Below, one piece after another: positions 56,481-64,000 of a stretch of DNA of 64,000 nt. Numbering within the stretch: the stretch's first letter is position 1; each line of letters opens with the position of its first letter. The DNA comes from an uncultured delta proteobacterium (lineage in GTDB: Bacteria; Desulfobacterota; Binatia; Binatales; Binataceae). The translations under genes and the position numbers were made by a program. The stretch covers positions 461,656 to 525,655 of the forward strand of contig CAVXXK010000006.1 in assembly GCA_963765675.1 (NCBI GenBank), written 5' to 3'. Under the pieces are notes generated by a model, which was not told the DNA's origin, did no database searches, and saw only the letters and a program-made list of their open reading frames with translations.

Positions 56481-58931
56481 TCAACCCGCCGGATTCACTT
56501 GCGCCGCAACGAGATGAGTCTCGAGCTCGCGGCGCACGCGAGCGCATTCGCGCTCGATCGAATCGATGATCGCCGTCGCTGGACCGTCGGTCGCGCCCGC
56601 GCGCGCTTGCTCCTCGAGCTCGCGGCAGAGCGCGAGCAGCCGCTTCGCGCCGAAGTGTCCGCAGCTTCCCTTGAGCGCGTGCGCCGCATGCGCGATCGAG
56701 GTCGGGTCGCCGGCGCGCGTGCCCGAGCGCATCGCCGCGACGCGATCATCCAGGTCGGCCAGGAACACGGTGATTAGTTGGCGGACGAACTCGATACCGT
56801 CGTCGGCTGCCGCTTCGAGGTTGCGCAGCGCCGCTGGATCGATCGCGGGAGGTTCGATCATGTCGCTGACACCTTCGCGCCGCGTAGTTTCGATCGTCGC
56901 CGCGTCGCCTTCCGGCAGCCATCGCGAGAGCATCGCGGCGAGGTCCTCGGGCAGAAACGGCTTGCTCAGGTAGTCATCCATTCCGGCGTCAAGACACTTC
57001 TGCCGATCACCGGCCAGCGCGTGCGCGGTCAAGCCGATGACTGCGATCTTGGCCGTGCCGCCGATCATGCGCCGAATCTCGCGCGTCACTTCGTACCCGT
57101 CCATCCCCGGCATCTGGCAATCCATCAGCACGATGTTGTAGGCGCTATGCGCGAGCGCCTCGATTGCTTCGCGCCCGTTGCTCACCGAGTCGGCGCGGCA
57201 TTCCAATCGCTCGAGCATCTTGAGCGCCACGGTGCGATTGACCGCGTGATCTTCCACCAGCAGGATTCGCGCCCACTCGCGCGCCGCGCGCGGGAACGCC
57301 TCGGCGATTTCGCGAAACGGCTTGAGCTGAATCTGTCGAGGCGACGCGCCCGCCTCGGAGTCGGATTGCGAGCGATCTTCCGCGCTCGCGATCGCGCTAC
57401 GGAGCCAGCTCGACAACTCCGATTGGCGCACCGGCTTGGCCAGCGCCGCCAGCATCCCGGCCGCGCGCATCGCGGCGCCGTCCGGCCGTTTCCCGAGATC
57501 GCAGATTCCCAGCATCGGAGGTCCGGCAAACCGGGTGTGGGCGGAGAGCTGGCGCGCCAGGGTAAGTCCTTCCATTCCGGCCAGGTTACAATCGATCAGG
57601 ATCGCATCGGCAGTCTCTTCCGGCGTCGCGCCGGAAACGATCGCGAGTGTCTGCGCCGCGGTAGTCGCGCGCTCGCATCTGGCTCCCCACGATTCCATTT
57701 GCCGAGCCAGAAAACGCGCGCCAAGAGTGTCGGGCGCGCAGAGCAGCACGCTATGGTCGCGCAGATCTTTCATCGGTCCGGCAATGCTTTCAGCGCCGTT
57801 CGCTCCCAGCCGAAAGCGCGCGGTGAACCAGAAATTGCACCCGCGTCCGGGAGCGCTTTCCACTCCGATCTCGCCGCCCATCCGCGCGACGATCTCCGCC
57901 GAGATCGCAAGCCCAAGTCCTGTCCCGCCATGCCGCCGCGTCATCGAGCCGTCGGCCTGGTAGAATGCCTGGAACAGAGATCTTTGCGCCGCGAGCGGAA
58001 TGCCGGGGCCGGTGTCGCGAACCGAGAAACGCAAAGTCGCGTCTGTGCTCGACGCGCCGGCGCACTCGGCCGTCACCGCGATCTCACCGGCGTCGGTGAA
58101 CTTGATCGCGTTGCCAATCAGATTCACCAGCACCTGTCGCAGCCGCACCGGATCGCCGCGCAGATATGCCGGCACGGCGCTATCGACAAACGTCGCGAGC
58201 TCAACCCCGGAGCGTTGCACCTGCTCACCGAACAGTCCGATCACGCTTTCGAGCGTCTCAGTCGCGCTGAAGTCGATCTCTTCGAGTCTCAGCTTGCCCG
58301 CCGAGACTTTCGAGAAGTCCAGGATGTCGTTGATGATGCGCAGCAGAGAATGCGCGCTCGACCACACCACCTCGCTGAATTCGCGCTGATCCGAATCGAG
58401 CGAGGTGTCGAGCAGCATCCGGGTCATCCCGACGATCGCGTTCATCGGGGTGCGAATCTCGTGGCTCATGTTCGCCAGAAAGGCGGATTTCATAGCGACC
58501 GCTTCCAGCGCCTCGTCGCGGCCCCGGACGATCTCCGCCTCGATCCGCTTGCGTTCGATTGCGCTCAGGATCGAGCGGACCAGCAGCCGCCGATCCAGCG
58601 GCCGCTTGACGAGGCAGTCCTGCGCGCCGCGCTTTATAATCTCGCGGCTCAGGTGTTCGTCTTCGAACTCGCTCAGCACCACAATCGGCAGGCGCCCCGC
58701 CCTATCGTTGAGCCGTGCGACAGCGTCTTCCGCCGAGCAATCGGGCCGGGTGAGATCAAGTATCACGAGGTCGAAGCGGCCGTCGCGCAGGCGTTGGAGA
58801 GCGGCGTCCAGGCGATCCGCGATCGTCACCGCGAAACGCGCGCCGCGGCTACCTGCCAGCGCGTCAGTGACCAGCCGCATGTCGGCGGGATTGTCTTCGA
58901 TCAGGAGGACGTGGATCGGATTGTCAGGCAT
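56481..58931 (-). CDS. Hybrid histidine kinase (REC-HisKA-HATPase-REC-REC-HPt)
   Basis: FLANMSHEIRTPMN, GDPVRLRQVL.NL.GNA.KFT, DTG.GI, GGTGLGL, MDCQMP.MDG, AHALKGS. Confidence 0.93.
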   Translation of the reverse strand: MPDNPIHVLLIEDNPADMRLVTDALAGSRGARFAVTIADRLDAALQRLRDGRFDLVILDLTRPDCSAEDAVARLNDRAGRLPIVVLSEFEDEHLSREIIKRGAQDCLVKRPLDRRLLVRSILSAIERKRIEAEIVRGRDEALEAVAMKSAFLANMSHEIRTPMNAIVGMTRMLLDTSLDSDQREFSEVVWSSAHSLLRIINDILDFSKVSAGKLRLEEIDFSATETLESVIGLFGEQVQRSGVELATFVDSAVPAYLRGDPVRLRQVLVNLIGNAIKFTDAGEIAVTAECAGASSTDATLRFSVRDTGPGIPLAAQRSLFQAFYQADGSMTRRHGGTGLGLAISAEIVARMGGEIGVESAPGRGCNFWFTARFRLGANGAESIAGPMKDLRDHSVLLCAPDTLGARFLARQMESWGARCERATTAAQTLAIVSGATPEETADAILIDCNLAGMEGLTLARQLSAHTRFAGPPMLGICDLGKRPDGAAMRAAGMLAALAKPVRQSELSSWLRSAIASAEDRSQSDSEAGASPRQIQLKPFREIAEAFPRAAREWARILLVEDHAVNRTVALKMLERLECRADSVSNGREAIEALAHSAYNIVLMDCQMPGMDGYEVTREIRRMIGGTAKIAVIGLTAHALAGDRQKCLDAGMDDYLSKPFLPEDLAAMLSRWLPEGDAATIETTRREGVSDMIEPPAIDPAALRNLEAAADDGIEFVRQLITVFLADLDDRVAAMRSGTRAGDPTSIAHAAHALKGSCGHFGAKRLLALCRELEEQARAGATDGPATAIIDSIERECARVRRELETHLVAAQVNPAG

Positions 58932-59204
58932 CGTTCAGGTTGGATCTCGCGCTTCCGATCTTCATCTCAAATCCAAGATATGTGCCGGATTTTCTGAGTC
59001 GCTTGCGGACAGTTTGGCTCGTAATTGCAACTCCGCGTAGCAAGGGGAATTTCGCGCGAAGAATCGGGCGGTCACAAACCGGCCGCGGGACTGGCAAAAA
59101 ATTGGCGCGGCGGTTCGCTATTTCGCTTCGCCGTGAGGTATATCCCGAATCAATAGCCCGACTACCAAGTCGCCACGCGCGACAACTCGAAGAAGGACAA
59201 AGAC

Positions 59205-60023
59205 ATGCCCGAACCAACCGCCGACAAAACCGCGAGTCCATCCACACAACCAAATTTCGATTGGACCGCGATCATCGACGATCTCAACCGGCTGCTCCGG
59301 CTGCGCACCACGCCGATCGGGATGAAGCTCTACGCGACCGTCGAGGAGATGGAAGCGATTCCGAAAATTCGCCGGCCGAAATCGATCCACACCACCGACC
59401 AGATCGTCGCACAGGCTGCCCGTCTCGGATGGACCGTCGGAATCACGGCGAAGGATTTGGTCGGAGCGCAGTGCGGCGCCGTCATCGGACTTCATCCGCA
59501 GGACGAGGAATGGCTCTCGGGCAAGGCGATGGCCGGCGTATGGTTCTCGACCCTCGAGGATTCCGCCGCCCATCAACGCGCGATGGACACCGTCCCGTAT
59601 GGGCGCTACACCGCGATGGCGGTGGCGCCGCTTGCGTCGGGACGATTGAATCCTCCCGATATCTGCCTCATCTACGCGACGCCCGGGCAGATGATTTTGT
59701 TCATCAACGGCCTGCAATGGGCCGGCTACCGGAAATTCAACTGGGGCGTCGTCGGCGAGTCGGCCTGCGCCGATTCATGGGGCCGCGCTCTCAGAACGCG
59801 CGAGCCGAGCCTCTCGATTCCCTGCTACGCGGAGCGCCGCTACGGCGGCGTGCTCGACGACGAATTGCTGCTGGCGACGCCGCCCGAGTTTGTGCCGAAA
59901 GCGATCGAGGGGATGAAGCGGCTGGCGGCCAACGGGCTGCGCTACCCGATTCCTCAATACGGAATCCAGTCGGACGCGCGCGCGGGGCTGTCGGTCTCCT
60001 ACGGATCGCGCGACAAAAGCTGA
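59205..60023 (+). CDS. DUF169 family protein
   Basis: LRL.TTPIG.K, Q....AR.GWTVG, PDI..IY.TP.Q, ESAC.D, PC..ER..GG..DDE. Confidence 0.78.
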   Translation: MPEPTADKTASPSTQPNFDWTAIIDDLNRLLRLRTTPIGMKLYATVEEMEAIPKIRRPKSIHTTDQIVAQAARLGWTVGITAKDLVGAQCGAVIGLHPQDEEWLSGKAMAGVWFSTLEDSAAHQRAMDTVPYGRYTAMAVAPLASGRLNPPDICLIYATPGQMILFINGLQWAGYRKFNWGVVGESACADSWGRALRTREPSLSIPCYAERRYGGVLDDELLLATPPEFVPKAIEGMKRLAANGLRYPIPQYGIQSDARAGLSVSYGSRDKS

Positions 60024-60045
60024 GTCCTCAGCGATCCGCCGCGCG

Positions 60046-61491
60046 CTATTTTCCGGCCGACGCGGCGATTTTCGGATGCCTGCGCGAGCCGAGAAAGATC
60101 AACAGGTCCTCGAGATCCGCCGGCGACAGATTTCCCGCGTAGGCGGGCATGTTGTAGCCGCCGTTCATGATTCGAATCGTCAGGTCGTCTTTGGTCAGGC
60201 GATCGCCCACGAAACTCAGGTCAGGGCCGCGATGACCGCCGTTGCCGGAGATCGCGTGGCAGAACTCGCATCCCTTCTCGTGGAACAGCTTGGCGCCGTT
60301 CGCGATCGGACCTTCGCTCACGCCGACAATCTCCACGGACAGAGGTTTCGCGGCGAAGTCGGGCGACCACGGCTCGCGAATCGCTTCGACCCACAGCGTC
60401 GCGATCATCATGACGATCACGATCACGGCGCCTACCGCCCATGGCCGGTTGCGCGGATGGCGCTCGCCCGTGTTCGACACGATCGGAACGAGCAGCAACA
60501 CGATCACTCCGACCAGCGGCGCGAGCAGGATCACCGGCGTCGTCATCTTGTGCGGGATTAGCGCGAGCAGCGCGAAGTACCAGAGCAGGTACCAGTCGGG
60601 CGCCGGGTCGCGTGCGAGCAGGCTCGGATTGGGCGGAGGCCCGAGTTTCGGCGGCCCGAAGATCGCGGCGAGCAGAACGATCGCGATCACCACGGCGACG
60701 CAGAAGACGACATCGCGCCACGCCGCATCGGGCCAGAATGGAACTCCGTGCTTTTCAACCAGCTCGTCGTACTTCTTGTGATAGGTCGCGGGATCGACCG
60801 GTTCTCCTGCCACCGGCGGTTCCGAGATTCCGTCGTGCAGCACGAGGAAGAGATGAATGCCGACCACCGCGAAGATCATCGCCGGAATGAAAAACACGTG
60901 GAACGCGAAAAATCGCGAGAGCGTGGCGCCGCCGATCGTTTTCCCCGCGAGCAGAAAGTGCGCCATCATCGTGCCGACGATCGGCATCCGCCCGGCCTGC
61001 TCCGCTCCGACCACGATCGACCACACCGCGTTTTGATCCCAGCGCAGAAGCTGCCCCGTGAATCCCATCGCGAGCGTCAGGAACAGGAGCACCACTCCCG
61101 TGACCCAGTTGAACTCGCGCGGGTACTTGTAGCAGCCCATGATGAAGACCTGGGTCATGTGAATTCCGACCAGCAGGACCATCGCCGACGCGCCGAAATA
61201 GTGCATCCCGCGCAGCAGGTTTCCCAAGAGCGCCTGCGTCGAGATAAATTGCAGAGCCTGATACGCGTCGCCGCTCGACGAGATGTACGAAGTGGAAAGC
61301 GCGATCCCGGTCACCACCTGGATCATGAATGCGACCAGCGTCGCGCTGCCGAACACGTACCACCATCCAGTGTCGGGCGGCACCGGATGGCGCGCGAGGT
61401 CGCCCATCATCTTGATGAGACCGGTGCGCTCCTCGAACGCGTCGATCAGCGGCTCGACGAGTCTCGTCGCCGCGCGTGCCAGCTTGTTCAT
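60046..61491 (-). CDS. Cytochrome b (bc complex) fused to C-terminal cytochrome c
   Basis: GS.TL.AF.IQ.VTG, RGMH..GAS, GFTG.LLRWDQ, TLSRFFAFH, PDWY, C-terminal CEFCH. Confidence 0.92.
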   Translation of the reverse strand: MNKLARAATRLVEPLIDAFEERTGLIKMMGDLARHPVPPDTGWWYVFGSATLVAFMIQVVTGIALSTSYISSSGDAYQALQFISTQALLGNLLRGMHYFGASAMVLLVGIHMTQVFIMGCYKYPREFNWVTGVVLLFLTLAMGFTGQLLRWDQNAVWSIVVGAEQAGRMPIVGTMMAHFLLAGKTIGGATLSRFFAFHVFFIPAMIFAVVGIHLFLVLHDGISEPPVAGEPVDPATYHKKYDELVEKHGVPFWPDAAWRDVVFCVAVVIAIVLLAAIFGPPKLGPPPNPSLLARDPAPDWYLLWYFALLALIPHKMTTPVILLAPLVGVIVLLLVPIVSNTGERHPRNRPWAVGAVIVIVMMIATLWVEAIREPWSPDFAAKPLSVEIVGVSEGPIANGAKLFHEKGCEFCHAISGNGGHRGPDLSFVGDRLTKDDLTIRIMNGGYNMPAYAGNLSPADLEDLLIFLGSRRHPKIAASAGK

Positions 61492-62015
61492 CCGATTGGC
61501 ACCGCGCTGGTCCGAATCTCGACCATCCCGTTGTTGACTCTCACCGGATACTGGAACAGCGGAAGCGGCGGAGGTCCGCCCGCGACAGTACCGTTGGCGT
61601 AGTACACTCCGCCGTGGCACGGACACATGAACAGGTTCGCGTCCGGGAGCCATCTGACCGGGCACCCGAGATGCGTGCAGTTGACCGCGAACGCGGTGAA
61701 CTCTCCGTTCGCGTCGCGGCGCAGCCACGCGGCGGTCTCGGCGGTAACTCCGGCCCACGCGAGCGGTGAAGGATCGCGGAAGGAAACCAGCACCGTCTTG
61801 CCGACCGCAAAACTCTCGGCCTTGCCGATCGGCCGCCAGATAGCGGGAAACTTTTTGATCAGTGGACCGATCAGGAATCCGACGATCGGCACGGCGACCA
61901 GCGCGGCCGCAAGTCCCATCAGTCCGAGCGAAAGCTTGACCACGAACGCGCGGCGTTCCGGACTGAGAGCGTCGCCCGCGGGAGCAGGCGCGCGATTTTC
62001 ACCGTCACTCGTCAT
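61488..62015 (-). CDS. Rieske iron-sulfur subunit
   Basis: Tat-like ERRAF, CTHLGC and CPCHGG. Confidence 0.93.
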   Translation of the reverse strand: MTSDGENRAPAPAGDALSPERRAFVVKLSLGLMGLAAALVAVPIVGFLIGPLIKKFPAIWRPIGKAESFAVGKTVLVSFRDPSPLAWAGVTAETAAWLRRDANGEFTAFAVNCTHLGCPVRWLPDANLFMCPCHGGVYYANGTVAGGPPPLPLFQYPVRVNNGMVEIRTSAVPIG

Positions 62016-62229
62016 GCACCAACTCTCCAATCCAGCGCGAAAGCGCGAACGCGATCAGGATCAACCCGACGAAAGAAAAAGCGTACGAGGTGACAAACCC
62101 GAAGGCCACGAACGTGATCCCCAGGGCCATCACCGCGGGCTGATAGGTGGGCGCGGGCACTCGCTCGGGTTTGGGCGCGGTCCAGCCTTGCGCCGCTTTC
62201 GCGTCGATCTGATCTGTATCTGACGGCAT
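62005..62229 (-). CDS. Small membrane subunit (cytochrome c oxidase subunit IV-like)
   Basis: P.PTY.P plus two TM segments and WI.E; overlaps both neighbours. Confidence 0.65.
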   Translation of the reverse strand: MPSDTDQIDAKAAQGWTAPKPERVPAPTYQPAVMALGITFVAFGFVTSYAFSFVGLILIAFALSRWIGELVHDE

Positions 62230-63053
62230 CAGTTCATCCTCCCGATCGCGCCGACGCCGACCGTATGGCTGTGCGCGTCAGGTTCCGAGTACCAGCGGGC
62301 CATCACAAACATAATCGCACCCAGAAAAACCAGCCCGCCCGGCACCCACATCAGAAGCCCGCCGAGCTGCTGATCGACCGCAGGCGTCAGGCCCCATCCG
62401 TCGCGCAGCGTCGTCAGGATTCCAAGTGAGTCGGCGGGATGCAGGTAAGCGGAATAGAGACCCGGACTCGCGAAGGTGAGAAGTATCGCGAGCACGCTGT
62501 TCGCAACCATCGCCGTCGCGAGATAGATGATCGCCAGCATCGGCTCCATCTGGGCGCGCGCGACCGGCGTGAAAATCGGCCACCAGAAAATTGTCGCGGT
62601 CACGAGGAAGCACAGATGCTCGAAGATGTGCACGTCCTCGTTCGCGAGCGTCGCGTCGTAGAGCGCGGGCCAATGCCAGATCCACAGCACCGCCATCGCG
62701 AGCGTCCACGCGACGGCGGGCGCCGCCAATATCCGTTCGATTCGCGCGAGCACCGGCACCTCGAGTATCGAGTCCACAAATTTTTCCGAGAGGCCGAGAA
62801 TCAGGAGCGGCGGCACGATCAGAATGAGAATCAGATGCTGCAGCATGTGCGCGCTGAACAGGTACTCGTCCGAGAGCGCGTCGAGTGGAGAGACCAGCGC
62901 CAGGAACATCGCAACCACGCCCGCGACAAACCACGGCGCGCGCGAATAATCGCCGCGATGCGCGAGCGCATAGGCCGCGACCAGCGCGATACATCCGATC
63001 ACGATCGACGGATCGAAGTCCCACGCGCGCAGCAGGTTGCCGATTCCGTTCAC
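62229..63053 (-). CDS. ctaG: Cytochrome c oxidase (caa3) assembly factor
   Basis: SPLD.L...YLFSAHM.QH, WH.PALY, H..EH, DQQLGGL.MWVPG. Confidence 0.88.
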   Translation of the reverse strand: MNGIGNLLRAWDFDPSIVIGCIALVAAYALAHRGDYSRAPWFVAGVVAMFLALVSPLDALSDEYLFSAHMLQHLILILIVPPLLILGLSEKFVDSILEVPVLARIERILAAPAVAWTLAMAVLWIWHWPALYDATLANEDVHIFEHLCFLVTATIFWWPIFTPVARAQMEPMLAIIYLATAMVANSVLAILLTFASPGLYSAYLHPADSLGILTTLRDGWGLTPAVDQQLGGLLMWVPGGLVFLGAIMFVMARWYSEPDAHSHTVGVGAIGRMN

Positions 63054-63607
63054 AGGATCGCCCACAGGTACACGATGCTGAAAATCACGACCCAGACCGC
63101 GTCGACGAAATGCCAATAGATCCCGACCGCCTCGAAAGCGTCGGCCTCGCGCTCGCTTCCGACCAGTCGGTCAGTCGCGGCAAGTCCGGCGACGATCGCG
63201 ATCGCGACCAGGCCGATAAAAACGTGCAGGCCGTGAAACCCGGTCAGCGTGAAGAACGTGGTCGCGAACAAATTGCGATTGACCACGATGCCGTGTTCGT
63301 AAAGTCCGAAGTATTCGATCGCCTGCCCCAACAGGAACAGAGCGCCAAGAATCACAGTCACGACGAGCCACGCGAGCGTGGCGCGACGCGCTCGCGCGCG
63401 GTAGTTACTCGCCGCCATGATCATCGTCGCGCTGCTCGCGAACAGCAGAATCGAGAACAGTCCCGTGCGCAGCGGATTCAGCGCGGTCGCCGCAGTCGGT
63501 CCGGAGCCGGGATACGAATGATAAAAGACGTACGCGATAATCAGCAGCAGGAAAAAATTTGCCTCTGACAGGATGAACAGGCTCACCGCGAGCTTCGCGT
63601 TGCGCAT
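63050..63607 (-). CDS. ctaE: Cytochrome c oxidase subunit III
   Basis: LF..SE..FF, L..SS, FFTLTGFHGLHV, YWHFVD.VW. Confidence 0.92.
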   Translation of the reverse strand: MRNAKLAVSLFILSEANFFLLLIIAYVFYHSYPGSGPTAATALNPLRTGLFSILLFASSATMIMAASNYRARARRATLAWLVVTVILGALFLLGQAIEYFGLYEHGIVVNRNLFATTFFTLTGFHGLHVFIGLVAIAIVAGLAATDRLVGSEREADAFEAVGIYWHFVDAVWVVIFSIVYLWAIL

Positions 63608-63611
63608 CGCC

Positions 63612-64000
63612 CTACCCTTTGGCCGCCGCCATCGCGGCCCTGACAAGCTCGTCCGCGCGATCGGGATGCTTCAAGTCCCACAACGGACGCCGTCCGTGTA
63701 CCGGAGGCACCAGCACGAAATTCTCCGGCGGCGGTGGCGACGAGGTCGCCCATTCGAGCGTCCACGCATCCCACGGGTTGTCGCCGGCATCCTTACCCGA
63801 GGTGAGGCTCAGGTAGATGTTCCACAGAAACACCAGCACCAAGGCGAGCAGGATGAACCGCCGATCGTCGGAGCATGTTCAGGGCGGCCCATCCGGGCAA
63901 GTCGGGATAGGTGTACACGCGCCGCGGCATCCCCATCATGCCGAGCGGATGCATCAGGAAGAACGTCAGGTTGAATCCGATTAGAGTCAGCCAGAAGTGC
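63612..64000 (-). CDS. ctaD: Cytochrome c oxidase subunit I, 3' part, with apparent indels near 63855-63875
   Basis: [27 protein letters not shown] and [22 protein letters not shown] in different frames. Confidence 0.88.

Noticed and set aside
61492-61758. N-terminal extension of the cytochrome b ORF
   Set aside because: Overlaps the Rieske gene in another frame; the true start is ATG 61491, coupled to the Rieske stop

Overview
GC-rich bacterial chromosomal window. The gene content (F420-type LLM oxidoreductase, CoA-transferase III, DUF169, bc-caa3 cluster, GspC, LptB) is compatible with a soil/peat diderm lineage such as Ca. Binatia; this is inference only. Most of the window is housekeeping: pgeF, a uvrA homologue, RluA, TolC, comF-purM-purN-grxC, glpK, gshA, dacA, lptB, mpg, thiolase, alsD, a TetR-HlyD-ABC exporter, msrA, a hybrid kinase and a Rieske/cytochrome b-c/caa3 oxidase operon. 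There are three tRNAs (Arg-CCG, the uncommon Arg-TCG, Cys-GCA), each with accessory DNA at its 3' end. The best candidates for something undescribed are (i) an AbiTii-like plus Zn-ribbon/HEPN (DUF4145) gene pair beside tRNA-Arg(TCG), a possible anti-phage module, and (ii) an 'ANRENAQLSTGP...KHG' ORF beside tRNA-Cys with upstream palindromes and a repeated AAACGAACCCA motif at its 3' end. Intergenic DNA carries at least four families of REP/REPIN-like palindromes, some nested, and several gene remnants. Several single-base deletions, including in cytochrome oxidase subunit I, suggest assembly indel errors. I saw no CRISPR array, rRNA, integrase or transposase. All family assignments come from motif recognition by eye, not database searches.
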